This document shows, piece after piece, positions 23,045 through 37,100 of a stretch of 56,160 nucleotides of DNA. The notes under the pieces were generated by a model. It was given only the letters and a program-made list of their open reading frames with translations. It was not told the DNA's origin and ran no database searches. Origin of the DNA: Thelocarpon superellum (taxonomy: Eukaryota). The stretch lies in assembly GCA_026025795.1 (NCBI GenBank), contig JAPEUG010000074.1, positions 1 through 56,160 of the forward strand, given 5' to 3'. Every line of letters starts with the position of its first letter. Position 1 is the stretch's first letter. Made by a program: the position numbers and the translations under genes.

Positions 23045-25085
23045 TCACGGATGCGGGGTCGGCCGTTTGAATGGATGAGCTTCGGTGTTGCTGCATGGCC
23101 GCACCGCGTTAGTCACGCCCAAGCCAAAGACTACAGGTAACACCCGGGGCAGGGAAGAGGCGTACAAAACCCACTCGTCCAGGCTGATGGTCGACGGATC
23201 GCTAAAGATCAGGAAGAGGTACTTCAGCGTCTCAGCCAACCAGAAAGTCTCCATGTCGTCTCCCTTCGCCGAGGGAAGTGTGGTGTTCGTTACGTCGATG
23301 AGGGGCGCGTTCGCCACGTCCGTTTCCGTGTATCGCTGAATCGCCTCAAAGATCGTCCAGGCCATATCTTGGTACGTTGAGTTGCCGGTGATGCGATACA
23401 TGTAGAACAACGCTTCGATCGCTTCCGGCCTGCGAAACGACGACGTTAGAATCGTCGCACGGCGCCGGGTCAGTGAGAGGTTCCACCTACCGCAGATCAT
23501 AGTCCTTGAGTAGATACTGCGTGAATCCCGGCTGTAGCCCTGTGCTCTCGATGACTTTTTCGATGGACTCCGGCCTCGCATTGGCACCGGGTTGGTACAT
23601 TTCGGCCACGCCTTGTTTCCAGTCGTCCTCCTTCCACGAGCACGTCCCGTTTGAAGGACAAGGCGCGACTCGAAAGACTTCCGGCATGATCCCCGTGGGC
23701 ATCATCGTATATGCCCAATAACATCCGTCCGTCAATTGCTGCGCCGTCACTAAGTCGTCGGGCCGATTGAAGATCTTTGCGCCGAGGGCCAACATTCCGC
23801 CCGTGAAGCACGCCAGTTCCTCTCCGAGCGGATCCAAACTGGAGCCGTTGGCACCTGGAGAGCTGTAACCCGAGAGCAGTATGTCCTGATTGTCCTTGTT
23901 CATCGGCTGAAAGAAGAGCTGTTGCTTGGCCACGGCGATGGCGCTCTCGTACATGCGGCGATATTGGTCTGAGCGGCCCCCGAGGAGAAGAAATTCCTGC
24001 AGTCGTCAGCGTCGAGAGGGTGGGCCGAGTTCAAGGAGGATGGCGGACCTTGGGAAGATATTCATAGATGGAATCCGACCCACCACCCATGTCGTACCAC
24101 TGACCCGCATCCCATGTGAGCGACGGGCCACTGGTATTGAGCGTGGGTGGCCAGAGGCCAGGGAGCGTCGTCTGGTTTTGTGCCTTGTCCAGGGCATCGG
24201 TGATGCGTTGGATGGCATCGAAGTATTTGGGCTGGTTCGTCACCTGTGCCAGCCGAGTAAACTCGAGGCTCAACGTTCCTAGCTCCGCGAGGACTGCTTC
24301 GTCGGTGGCATTTTGCGCATGGCCCGCGGCATACCTAACCCGGCTAGTGAGCGGAGGACGCGCAGATGAACCATGGTCTTGGTCACTTACGATCTCCAAT
24401 CCCATCGGAGGTTGGGAAATCGATTCGGCGTGTCGAAGGCGCGGAGGAGCACGTCACCCGTGAGAGTAGCGGCCGTCAACAGCTCGGGATAGGCCCCATT
24501 GGTGAGATCATTCGCCGAGAGGAGCCCTCCGAGATACCGGATGTTTATCTCAAACAGCGGGATCGGGATAGTGAGATTTGTAATGTTCACATTGGCCAAG
24601 TCGTGTACCGCCTGCTCGAATTCCTCCTTGAGTCCCATGATCCACAGCGTGTCCAGGGAGTCCACCGCAGTCATGGCGCAGCCACCCCATCGGTTGAACC
24701 CTTGCTTGGACAGCGGGGAGAGCTCGTCCGCCAGTGGAGCCGATGGCAAACCCGCGGGGATGAGGGAGTAGTTCCTGTAGGCTTGCCACGAGCGGAGCGC
24801 ATAGGCCTTGACGGCATCACGCCGTGGGGCCATGTTGGGGTCGGCGACAGCCTGCGAGCTTCCAAAGGGAAACTGGATGGGCGGAAGAAGGGGCACGGGA
24901 CCCGACGGAAGCGGAATCGGTGGCGGCCCGGGATAGGTCTCCGGTCTCGTCCACCACGAATCATCGTCCCGTGGACGGAGGTCCGCGGGATGAGCCCGAC
25001 CGAGAGTGGTCATGACGAGATACAGCATCCACAGCCATCGAGGGATCAGCAGCGGCCATGGGACATGAACCGGTTGCGGCGGCAT
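23045..25085 (-). CDS. GH47 class I alpha-1,2-mannosidase
   Basis: Five exons (introns about 24335-24390, 23997-24048, 23430-23490, 23092-23165). Motifs AVDSLDTLWIMG, FEINIRYLGGLLSA, LAELGTLSLEF, DSIYEYLPK, LRPEAIE, FWLAETLKY and NTEAHP. N-terminal hydrophobic signal. Confidence 0.93.
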
Positions 25086-28059
25086 CTTGCTCCCTGCACC
25101 GCTGCCCGTCAAGGCGCCCATTCAGACGCCCAATTGCTACGTTACCTCGCGCTCGTGGAAAGGAAGCCCACGGGCGACGAAGCATCAGCGGCCTAAGGCG
25201 GACCCAGCAAAGGAGGAGGACCTCAGTAGAAGCGGACGAAGAATTGCACGGTACACTAGTGGTGTACGAGCCATGAACGTAGAGGAGCAATCAGAGAGAT
25301 CGGATTGCGAGGGATATTGGCATGGAGGTCATTATAGAGTCCTGGAGGTGGTGTCATAGTAGAGTCCCACCGCTGTGCCTCTCTAGGTCTCATCCTCCTG
25401 GCGTGCAGTGATGGCTGCGGCTGTGTACCAAAGGTGCCCCCTGCCATGTTGCGTCAGAATAACGCATTGAACACACTGCGTGGCGCTTGTCGATGCGTTT
25501 CCATGCTACCGGCTGAGCGCACGTCAATAGGCCAGGGCAAGCGATATCGTGTTGCATTCTCCATCATGGATGCCAGAGAAAGCCCAAATTTGCATAGGCG
25601 TGCTGCGCAACAAAGGCCGGGCCAGTCTCACGTTTGATACGCGACGCACGGCGTGTCGGATGGACTTGAGATCCCTCCTGCCGTGAGATTCCCGTAGCTT
25701 GGTGTCGTGGCGTTTCTCGTCACGTGAAGCTCACATGACTACACGATTCTCTGGGCGGCTCCGAGATCCGAAGCTGCGTCGCGATCGACTCGTTATCCCA
25801 GCAGGGCGTGGCACAGGGACGAGTAAAGTTTGGCCAGATGGCGGGGTGCGTGACTGGCCTGCGTCGTCCTCGTAGCTGCAGTCTTAGCTCGAGTACGGGG
25901 TAACATTAGCAGAAGTCGAGGCTCCGCAGGCCCGCGTCTTGCATCCCGCGGATCGTACTCGTACGGGCACTGGGATCAGCTCCCGCGGCAAACTGCCCCT
26001 CTAATCGAGGCGCGCTCCTGACCACCTTTTCGCCACTGCCCGGCCTCGCTCGACAGCGCGCTGATACGCAGAGATTCATCGGACCGGCTCGATCCGCGTA
26101 GTGCTTTGGACTGAGACCGCTGGTTCGGGGGAGCAAGGTCCATGAGCCAATCCGAAGCTCTGACGCGACATCGTCACGTCCCACGCCCGGGCGAGGGTTG
26201 GATCGCGTCACATGCACTACCGTCGTGCACTACCAACGTGACATGGGGGACTTGAAGATTGCTCGTATGCTACACGTACGGCACAGCTGTCCGCCTTGCT
26301 GGTATTTATCCTACCACTGGCCCTTCATCGCTCCAACCTCTACTCGTTGTCCACACCTGGGACCCGCTGTCCCAACGTCCCTGTGATAGATGAGCAGGAG
26401 CAACCAGGACGATACCCCACGCTGCCGACGCCAACCGGTCACGGGACGATATGGTGAGCGTAGGAGCAGCAGTATGACTAGATACGCGAGCAGGATCGCG
26501 TACCGCTGACTCCATCGTAAGTCGATGCGCATGCCCGTATCGGTGCCATGACGAGCACAAGGGAAAGGACCGCCTGGACTTACACGCTCATTCTTACGAA
26601 ATCACCTCGACTAATGCCCTCGTCTCACCTGTCTGACCTCGCCCTCTCGGCAATCGTCCTTCGACTCGACGGCGGGCGTGGAGCTCCACGGCCACGGTGG
26701 GGCCATACCATTCTCAACTAAGATGTCAAGCCCGAGCAGAGGAGCGGTGGAAGGACGTGTCAGGTAATGCCAAGGCCTCCTGGCTCAGTGAGGTGGCACG
26801 CCAGTCGTGACGAATCGTGGATGCGGTAGCGTCTTGACGGTGCCGACCAGCGAAAGCCTCAAGCGAAGTCGGCGGTACTACTTTTGGTGGTGATGGTCGT
26901 GAAGGGTCCGGCTTCGACCCATCGGTCGCGTCCAATTGCGTGCTTCGGGTAGGTGCGAAGACGATGATGGAACGCCGTTCGAGGGAGATTCCTGGTCCGT
27001 GGCTCCGGAGAGGCGTCGAACACGAAAAAGGTTGTCGGACTGGGTTTGGGGCGGGCGACGAGGATGAAGGTTAGCGGTCGCAAATAGAGCAGGTCCAGAC
27101 CAGGGCCGGACACCATGGAAGCTCAGCGCGCGTGGTGCGCAGAGAAGTGGGAGTGAGGCCTGGAGCCTGAAGCGTCAAGCTCAAATGGTCGAAGCGCACC
27201 TCGCCTGCGTCCATCCGCGGCCTACTCCGGTAACGCTGGACCTCAGACCCTTAGGGGACCATCGCAGGCGGTGGTGGGGGGTCAGATGTCCGGAGGTAGA
27301 GGCAGACGCTGAGGCAGAGGGACCGGCTCGTACAAACAAGACGTAGGCCATGCACGACGCCCTGGAACTCTCTGCGCCTTCGTAGTGTACCCTAAACACT
27401 CCACGGGCGAGGGCACCACGGCGGAGGCGCCGGCTACCGAGTCAGTCCCCTGCGGCAGCGACTGCGCAAGCGCGGAGAGTGGGGGTCAGGAAGCATCTGA
27501 TTAGTTCGCCAAGGGCTCGCGGGTCTGCTGCTACCCACGATTCCTTCCCTCCCACCCTGGCGCCCCCCCTCCCCCTCCCCCAACGCGCATTTGGCCCTCA
27601 CCCGGTCCGGTCGGTCCTGCACCCGCGTGGCCGCTCGTTCGTTCTCGTTCGCTGGGCTCATCAACCGACGACCGTCGACCAGTCGCCCATTCGTCCTTCC
27701 CTCCCATCTCCATCCTCACCATCGTCGCCCGCCGTCGCAAATCCTCTGGTCTGTGGTCTCCGAGATCCGATCTCCCTCTCGATTCGTGCCTGCATCACAT
27801 CCCCCGTCGCAGGTTCGCTGCGCGACTGTGCCCGGCTCGCCTCCGTCCACCCTCGCTCCCCGCCAGCACCGCCCATTCGACGTCCTCGCTTGCACCACCC
27901 GGCCGCGGCCCACGCGCGGGCTTGTGAGACCTTGAGACCTCGTCGGGCTCGACGTGCATCTGTGACCCTGGCGACCTTCACCGTCGTCGGATCTCTCGCT
28001 CGGCCCCGCCGACGGCGATTGCTGCGCGCGCGCTCGCTCGCCGCCCCGCCCGACCTGAC

Positions 28060-30110
28060 ATGAATCAAGCACCCGTCCACGCATGGTCTCGCGCTGCTCA
28101 CACCGATCCCATGGTCTCCGCTGCCGAGGATGACTTTACCAACTTCCTTGAGCTGGGCAACTTCCAGCTCGACTTCCCCGCCTTTGATCCCGCCACCCAT
28201 CCCGACCACAATGGCCTCGACACCGCCATGGACGACGCCGGCGACCTGACCGCGTCCATACGGAAGGATGGTCCGACTCCGCAACCGTCCCGAGCCCCGA
28301 CCCATCAGCGACACCCGGCCTCCGTCTCGATGATGCAGCCAGGGCACGTGTCGAATGAGGCCCTGCTGGACATGAACATGCAGGCCCAAGCCCAGGCCCA
28401 TTTCTTCCAGCAGCAGCAGCGACAACAACAACAACAACAACAACAGCGCATGCAAGAGCGAGCCTATCAACCGCGATCGGGCGTGCCGCCGACTCCCAAC
28501 AGCGTTGAGATGCACGGCGGTGCCATAGCCTACTATCACCATCTCGATGCCCAATCACAAGCAATGGTTGAGCGCTATCAGCGCCTGAAGGACGATCAAA
28601 CCATCTTCACCCCGCTCGTGTCGCCAGCAGTCACCCCGCTCGAGGCACAATTTGCGGTGCCTGATTATACGGTTCCGGGGGCCTACTTCAGCCCCTTGAC
28701 CTCACCGGCGCTCGAGGCGCAACAGCACGTCTCTCAACGGCCGATGTACCACCATGCCCCACGCTCCGACACCTCAGCCACCACTTCGCCCGTCGATATG
28801 AATTTCGACCTTGGCCCTGCGAACCCCCCTTCGGCGACGTCACAGCCGGCCTCGTCTAGGAAGCCGCGCCGGCGTATGTCAGCGCCACGGACCCCGGCCC
28901 GCGTCGTACGACAGTCGCCGTCGATGAAACCGCAGCGTCAGAAGAAGCCATCCAGCACCGTCATTCTGCCCACAGAGCTGGTCGAGGCCGCCGAGCCATC
29001 GTCCGCTCGAGGATCTGGGCTCAACGTCCCGCATAGCCGCGACAGCTCCGGTACCGAGTCCATCTCCCCGGAACCACTGTCGGAGATTCTCATGGCCCCA
29101 CCTCCGGCGCCTAGTGCCGCATCAACTTCGGCGCCCTCGCGTTCGACGAGCGTGCGTACTGGCTCATCGACCGGGCTGCATCCCGCGACGCCGGCGTCAT
29201 TGATGAAGCTCTCCAATTCCTCGAACCATGAGGCCGACCCGGCCACACGGTCGCCCGCGTCGCGTCCGTCGCGTGCGGGAGAATCGATGGCGGCAGAGCA
29301 AGCCATGGAAGATCTCACCCTTCCGGAAGCCGCCCGCGGATCCCACCCTCAGCTGTCCCGCGTCGAGACCCAGTCGACGGACCGGGACTTGACCCCAACC
29401 AGCTCGGCTAAGCGGACGCCCACGGTACGACCGCTCAATGCGCCGCCGACGAGCGTGCCGGGCAGTGCGAATCAGAGTCCGTCAATCCACGGGCTCTCGT
29501 CCCCGCTCAGTACCGCGTCGGGCAAGAAGACCGAAGGCAAGGCCTCGGGACGGGTGGGCAAGAAGAGGAACAGCACCAACTCGGTGCTCGTCAGTCCCGC
29601 GCTACGGCCCAAGATCTCCCCGAGCATCAAACCGCTCCTTCCGGACGGAGGTATGTGTCTCTCCCACCCCATTCCCTCACCATCTACAGTCTGACATGCG
29701 CAGCATTGGTCTCGGCCGAGACATCGGCGCTACTGTTGGCGTCGAAGTCAAATTACCAGAACATCCTCGAGGGCAATCATCTGCCAGGGGTATCGTATCC
29801 CGAGGCGCTCTCGACGAACCTCACATCGAAACGCACGTCACACAAGATCGCGGAACAGGGCCGTCGGAATCGCATCAATAACGCCCTGCAGGAGATTGCC
29901 AGCCTGCTCCCCTCGAGCAGTCAACGAGACAGCTCCAGCAGCGGCGGCGAGGCGAACGCCCCGGCCCTCACGACGGCGGCGCAGCAGTCCAACAGCAAGG
30001 CCAGCACGGTGGAGATGGCCATCGACTACATCAAGTCGTTGCAGGCCGAGTTGGCCGAGACCAAGGGGAAGCTCGCGGTGGTGGAAAAAAAGCTGGTGGA
30101 ACAGGACTGA
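28060..30110 (+). CDS. nuc-1: Phosphate-acquisition bHLH transcription factor (NUC-1/PalcA/Pho4-like)
   Basis: Intron 29651-29703. Motifs FTPLVSPAVTP, PGAYFSPLTSPAL and LLASKSNYQNILEG. bHLH reads KRTSHKIAEQGRRNRINNALQEI...SKASTVEMAIDYIKSLQ. A polyQ tract is present. Confidence 0.92.
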
Positions 30111-30879
30111 GGAGGGCGGTGCGGGTGTACTGCACCACCCGGACGACGACGCACGGACTGGTGTCAAGGATTCCTCACTCCACTTCTTTCTTCCTTTCCT
30201 CCCTTCTTCGTCATGCTTCTCTCGTTCTTTCTCCTTCCTCTCTCCTTCACTGACTCATCACGGACGGCGTTGGAGGCTGGTTTCACTCTGCAAGGGTCGA
30301 GGGCCTTCTTTCAGCAAGGTCCAGCTAGCACGGATACATTCCATGTGGCTTGATTCATTCATTACATACTTGGTCCCCGGCTCATCAGTCTTTGGCGACA
30401 TCTACGCAGATCCACCATTATCCATCCGCAATGCCAGAGCTCGCACGCGCGCGCTTGCGTACCCGTGTCCCAGGAACTTAAGCACTTGGCCAAATCCGGA
30501 CGTAGGATCTACACAATTCATGTACGCAGTACTGTACGCGTAGGACCGACCATCGGAACACTACCAAGGGAAGGAGAAGAAGGGGGGATCCAACGCCCCG
30601 ATGATTCAATCCCGGCGTCGTCCATATGTCGTTCCTTGGATTTTTGAACGCCCTCGTCATGAGTCAAGAGTCAAGAGATGTAAGTGAGTAGCTAGAAGAG
30701 GGCTTTTTCCATGCCCTTCGCCCCTCGCACCATCACATTACTTCCATGTGGGTTGGCCGGGCCTAATTTTAGCCGTGGCCGGTTTAGCCCGGTCCAGCCC
30801 ATTTCAGACCACGAATGGATTGACACACCCTCGGGTCTCAGCCTCGGCCCAGTCAAACTCCTCTCCCTGTCGCACCTCA

Positions 30880-31749
30880 TCACGTCGTTGCCGTCGTCGC
30901 GAACCGCTGTGCGCGTGCCTCTGCCTTGGCCTTCTGGATCGGGTCGTCCGTGATTTTGCCTGTGGGTGCCGAGGTTGGCGCTGTCCGTCCTCCGCCGCGC
31001 CGGCCGCCGCCCGTGTTGCGGTCTGGCGTAGGCCGCTTGGTCTGTCGCTCGCGATCACGTTCGCCGTCTCGTCCGCGCTTCCGCGACGGTAGGGAGCTCG
31101 AGAGCGCTTGATCCAGGACCTTCAGGCCCACGCCCGCCGTCGAGTCGTCGGCCGTGCCGGTGCCGAATTTCTTGGCTCGCTCCAGCGCCTTGATGGCCTC
31201 TTCGTTGGCGTCCACGACGCCGAACTTCTGCGCCCGGGCCTTGCGCCGCGCGAGCTCCTTCTCCACGTCCGTGAGCGGTAGGCCAGCGGTGAAGTCCGGT
31301 GGTGGGGCCGCGGGCGCGTCGGGCTTGGTCTCGGCCGACGGGTTGGGCGCGGTTGACGTCGCAGCCCCGCCCTCGGTCGTCAGGTCTGACGTCGTCGCCG
31401 GGTCGACGGCGGGGACTTGGTTGGGCACTGCGGTGGGGTTCGCCACGGCTCCTTCGCCGGCCGTGGCCGCGCCTGCAGCGCTTGGCTTCCCGGCGTCATC
31501 CTCGTCCCAGTCGATCTCGTCCTCAGCTGGTGGGGCGATGGTGGTGGATGGGGCGGCGGTGGTAGCGGTGGTCGGTGCGGCTGTGCCACTGCCGGGTTGA
31601 CGTGGAGCCGTGGTAGTGGTCGCGGATGCGTCCGCGTCGTGCTGCTGGAGCCGGGCGATCAGCTCGGCCTTGTTGCCCGAGACCGGTAGCGATCGTTCCT
31701 GCAGCTGTTTCTTGAGATCCGGCACCTTGAGCGAGCTGAGGTCCGCCAT
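30880..31749 (-). CDS. SAP-domain mRNP protein (Tho1/MOS11/CIP29 family)
   Basis: N-terminal SAP domain LKVPDLKKQLQERSLPVSGNKAELIARL. Repeated RAQKFG/RAKKFG/RAQRF DDX39-binding-type motifs. The true start is the ATG at 31749. Confidence 0.88.
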   Translation of the reverse strand: MADLSSLKVPDLKKQLQERSLPVSGNKAELIARLQQHDADASATTTTAPRQPGSGTAAPTTATTAAPSTTIAPPAEDEIDWDEDDAGKPSAAGAATAGEGAVANPTAVPNQVPAVDPATTSDLTTEGGAATSTAPNPSAETKPDAPAAPPPDFTAGLPLTDVEKELARRKARAQKFGVVDANEEAIKALERAKKFGTGTADDSTAGVGLKVLDQALSSSLPSRKRGRDGERDRERQTKRPTPDRNTGGGRRGGGRTAPTSAPTGKITDDPIQKAKAEARAQRFATTATT

Positions 31750-34126
31750 GGCGACGCTGCGTGCGGGCGACGGGTCTAGTGTGTTTGGCACGCGGGGCCA
31801 AACCCGAGAGATGGTTGAGCGACGGCGGACGAGCGATGGGAGCGCACGAGCCACGACACAAATCAGGGCGAGGAGCAGAGCCTGAGCCGCTGCTGACTGC
31901 AGGATACCGCAGACACCGCAGGACGGTGCAGGAAACTGCAGGAACAAACAGTCGGAGCGGTGGGCGGTACCGATCTGCTCATGCGCCTTTCAGCTGTGCT
32001 CGTCGCCGATTTTCCCTTTCTTCGCTTCCCTTACTTTTCCCTTGCCTTGTCGCGTCAGGGTCGGTGGCGGCCTCAACGCCCTCACACCAATCGATGGCCG
32101 ACCGCAGGGCCGAAGGAGCGCGAAGCGTCGCTGGAACGTGGCTTAGGTAACCGGAGGAAACTCTAGACCCGAACTTGGAGCGCGCGAGTGTTTGAGTTGA
32201 GTGCGCCGTGGAGGCGAAGTCCACTTTGTACTCGCTGGTCGGCGAACGCCGTGACTTACACGCAACTGCGTCGTAACTGCAAGTGACATGTGTGTGTGCG
32301 AGAGCGCCGTGCAAGCACGGGTGCAAGCACGTCGCCCGCGTCGGGTGCGAGTACTTGTACGGCGCGCCGCAACTACCGACGCCTCGCCCTACGGCGCACC
32401 AGAAAGCCGCCATGAGGGTTACCTGACGAATTACCACCCCGGAGGGAGGCCCTTAGTAAGACTGGCGCCCCCAGCCCTGGGCCGGGTCGTGGAAGATTAA
32501 GCCTCTCAACGCGCCCCACCAGCCGCTGGGACGAAAGTGCCGTGCCGGGAACCTTGCGAGCCCTCCGGTCCAGGGACGAATTGCACGAGGCCGCCGCGAC
32601 GATCGGCCCTCACGCTGCGTGCAACGGCAGCCCGACGCGGACGAATCGTCGTGGCCAGAGCCTCTTCTCGCCGCTGAGTGGTCGGGCGTTCAGACGTATC
32701 CAGTATTCGAAACTTGGTACCCTTACGGGACCTGCCTTCGCCCGTGACCTTTCGCTCCCGTTAGACTTTTCGCCGTCGCCGGCGCGGCCAGTTGCCCGCC
32801 GCGAACCATAGATGCTCCACCGAGATTCTGACCGGCTGGGCGAATCGGCATCAGAGCAAGATGCGGATCCCTTCCGCAGCTGACGAGCCACCGGGCCCTC
32901 GCCCACCACAGCCTCTATCGCCGCACCGGCGTCTGCCATCGCTGTGGCTCCCCATCCTGATTGCCCCGCAGACGTGCCCCAGCGTGCCCCGACGGTCCGC
33001 TGTCGACGAGGTGCTTTGGGGCAGTATAAGTGCAGCAATCACCCAGAGACCCTTGCGGATCCACGACTGCACCCCGCTCGCCCTGAGTCTCTCTTTTCCT
33101 TTTCGCGCGCACATCCTGTGTGCATGGTGCCGACGCTGGTCGTCGCCTCGCCTCGTCTCCGACCTCGTCTCCGGCTTTGTTTGCCCACCCTCCCACCACT
33201 CCGAACACGCGCCACCAACCCGGTCCGAGCGGTAGGTACCGATCTCCCAGGCTCGCCCCTCCCAGCACTCCCGGCACCCGCTCGGGGGTTGGTTCGGGGG
33301 AGACCAACGCTGTGTACCGAGACAACCGTCCCTACAGCACGGTCACCGCACCGTCCCGGCAGGTGGGTCGTCCCACCATCCACCATCAACTACCACTGCT
33401 TCCTGCACCACCTCCACCACTGCCTCGACCCGACTCCTCTCCCTCCGCCTCCACCTGCTTGCCCTCGCGCTCACGCTCGCCCTACCCTGCCCATCCTTCC
33501 TTCTTCCCCACGCGCGCGCACTTCCTTGATCATCAACCGCCTGCATTACTTTGCACACCGTGCACCGTGCATGATCCTGCACCGCACCTCGCAGCTGCAC
33601 GCAGCACCGGGCACACAGCGTCGCGCGGACCACACGCTATTTTCGCCCGTCCTGATTTCACCGTCGTTGCCGGCGCCTCCCAGTCACGGCAAGCACTCAC
33701 ACAATTTAGAACAGACACGTCCTGTCCCCGGCCCTCCTCCCCGCCCGCTCTCAAATCCCGATTCCCAAGTCGAAACCAACGCGCCCGCACCGGACGGAAC
33801 CAAGATCAGGGTGAAAGGTGTTTCAGCGATTGCTCCTGGGCCGATCCTTCTGGTAAGGACGATCTACCGTCTATGCGACCCCACCCTCTTCGACCCCGGG
33901 CATAGACGCCCACCTACCCACGCCATCTCTGATGGCCGTGATCGACGTTCAATCCACGTTGACTTGTTCGCAGCAGATCCCCGCACAAAGCCTGTGCCAG
34001 CATGATCGGCGCCGCCGTACGAGGGGCACAATTCCATGTCGTGTGCCCATGACCTTGCGGTCCTCATCACCTCCACGGCCTCGATCTCATAAGTAGCGGA
34101 CGGCCGCGGCTTAGGCTATCCCCACC

Positions 34127-37100
34127 ATGGCGTTTGACAAGACCCAGATCAGCGGGCCGACGCAGTCGCGACTTCCTTCGGCCCCCTCCCACCATCAGGC
34201 CTCATCGAGGCTCCCCTCAAAGACCCATGCGGCCGCCTTCCCGTCGTCGGGCGTCACTCCGCCCTCTTCATCTTTGTCGCTCCGGAGGTTAGATACGAGG
34301 GTACGAGCGCCGAGCTCCGCCGATCGCACGACCCCGCTCTCGGCAGCCTCGTCCACGAGGTCTTTAGGACCATCGGCCTTGCCCAAATCCTCCATGTCGG
34401 GACCATCGACCTTGCCCAAGCCCACTACGCCGGTTCCGTCGGCTCCGTCGCCCAGCCCCTCACGATCAAGGGTGGGTACGGCGGGCTTGATCAAGGCGTC
34501 CTTTGGCTATGGCGGCAGCTCGCCCAAGCCTTCGTCGACACCGCGGCCCGCCCCTGCGGCGACACCAGTCGCGGCGGCCGAAAAGCCCAGCCGCAATGTC
34601 CTTCGACGGAAACCCTCGACCGTTAATCACAAGCCAGTCATCACTCGCCCCAAGAAGGGCCTAGGTGTCTCGTCTTCCAATCCCATGGTTCAACCGACGA
34701 TGATTCCCAGGGAGCCGACCACGGCCCCCGTCTTCAAAGATCCCTTTCCCAGCGCTGTGCTAGGAACGACCCTGCCGTCCATGTTACCACGGAATCCGCG
34801 CATGCCTGCGCCGTCGATCATGGACCGCGGGACGAATGACAAGACGGACCTATCGGCGGGAGCCCTGCAAAAACTCGCGACCTATGATCTGCCGCCGCCA
34901 GCAGCACCATTTAATGCCTCTACTGGCAGTCCGTCGACGCGATATTCGGAGTCCCCCGGCCCTTTCAGTCGTACCTCGACACCCACCTCCATCTCTTCTT
35001 ACTCGCCGGGCATGTCCACGTCCAAGGTGACGCCCAGGGCACGCCAGGTGAGCCCGATGCGGAGCCGACCACCCGTCACCCGTCGCGCTGGCGGGGCGTC
35101 CTTTGAAGAAGCCTCCGCCCCGGTAGACGTGCATGGGCTACCCTCCCTCCGCGAATCCATCACATCATCGTCGTCAGGCTCGACCGTCAAACAGATGGAA
35201 CGCGTCGAACGCCGAGAGGCTGAGAGCGGGCCGAAGAAGCGTCTCTCGCCACCGCCACCGAGCCCTCCGATGCGGAAGTCCTCGACGAAGTTTCAAAGAG
35301 CCCGTGTGGTCCGGGACGATGCCAAGAGCGGGGGGCCGGGCATGTCTCGCCTGCGGCGAGATCCGGCTTCGCAGCCGCCGCCAGAGGCCTCACCCGCTCT
35401 CGGCAACGTGAGGTCACCGGAGCCGGAGCCGGCGCCGGCTGTCGCCAGTCCGAGCACCTCCGCACCGCGACGGCCGAGTCGAGATGGAGCGCCTGATCTC
35501 GACCATCGAGCCGGCTCAGCCCGTCCGGTGATTCAGAGCAATCTGAGCCGCCTACCCAGCCAGCACCATCGAAAGCGCACCTCCGTTGAGATTCCCGGGA
35601 AGGGCGCCGCGCTCTACCCGAAGAAGTCGGCGACAAAGCCGTCGCCCACGTCGGACCTTCCGCCGTCACGACTAGACACGGGAACACGATTGCCGTCGCG
35701 AAATCCGTCGCCCAATCCTAACTCCCTCCGCGCCAACTCTCCCGGTGTCGGCCCGCCCCTGAGTGAGGGATTGGGGGAGAGCGCCGGTCCGAAGTCTGCC
35801 CGTCCCGGCCCTATTCGATCCACCTCACGTTTCGCAATCTTCAGCAAGCGAACGGCGACGCGGCAGGAGCCTGCGGCCTCCGAGAAAACCGAGAAAGCCG
35901 AGAAACCAGAGAAGCTGATCAAGAAAGGGCCGGCCGCCGGCACAGGTCATGAAGGCTACGCCAAGTTTTCCACCCGTGGTCGCACCGGCAGCACTACCAG
36001 TGCTAGCGGGAGCTACGCCCGCAGCACCAGCGCCAGCAGCCGCAGTGGCAGCGCGGCCCGCGTCGTGGGCAGCCGCAAGGGTAGTGCTACCAGTCAGAGT
36101 GACTCGGAGATGGATGACTTCTTCTCCGATCGGTTAGGTCCGGTCGTGATCGCTGGCGGTGGCGGTATCGTGGAAAATCAAAATCTCGGTCTGGACTCAC
36201 TCCGCTCCGATAGCGCCCAAAGCTCCGCCCCTGGCCGGCCGAGCGTGGATTCCAATCACAGCGGCTCTACGCAGTTCTCAAGCTTCTCCAACAGCTCGGC
36301 CCCAGCCAAGGATACCACGCGACCCCGCCGGGGTGCTGCGCGCCTTTTTGGCTCGCCCTCTGCCTTGTTTCGGACACGATCGCCGCGTCGTCCGTCTACC
36401 AGCAGTGGAGAACAGGTGCCGGACGACGTCACTACCAACCTGGCCGTCCGGCGATCGCTTCACCGGTCGAATGAAAGTGATCCGCTGAAGATCCCCCCGC
36501 ACATCAACACCACCGCTTCCCGGGCGCCATCGTCGCTGGGAAGCCAGGATAATAGCGTGTACTCGGCCATGCCGTGGACCGATGCCACTGATGATCTAAA
36601 TGAGGGTCGAGAGGGCCACTGGCTACGACCCAGACAACCGACACGTTCGCCATCCCCACAGAAGCGGAACTTCCTCGAGCGATTCCATGGATCGTCGCAG
36701 TCACCCTCACCGCACCCTGAATTGCAGTCGACGAAGGCGCGACACCTCATGCCACGCCCCATTGCGCATTATGCCCTTCTCGACTCGGTCGACTTGCGCG
36801 GTGATGAAGGTCTTGATGGTCCGATGTGCGAGGCTGCGGAGCAGGAGGACTATGACGGCCCAAAGGGCCACGTGGAGGATCCTGCTGCGGAGGAACGGGA
36901 GCGAGTGCATTCCATGTTGCTACCCGACCCCCCGTCTTTACCGATCGACTTTACCAACACTCGACCGGCCTCTCCAAAGGTCATGCTGAGGGCGCCCGAT
37001 CCGACCCCGGCACATCCGGTGACCATCCAAGATACTCCTCAACCCAACAAGCGGAGTCGGCTGAAGCAAGTGGGCCGCATCCCGCAGGTGGTGTCCACCC

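Noticed and set aside
32944..34005. 353-aa Pro/Arg/His-rich ORF upstream of the 1580-aa gene
   Set aside because: Non-ATG start, C-rich leader-like composition and no domain; probably UTR or promoter DNA.
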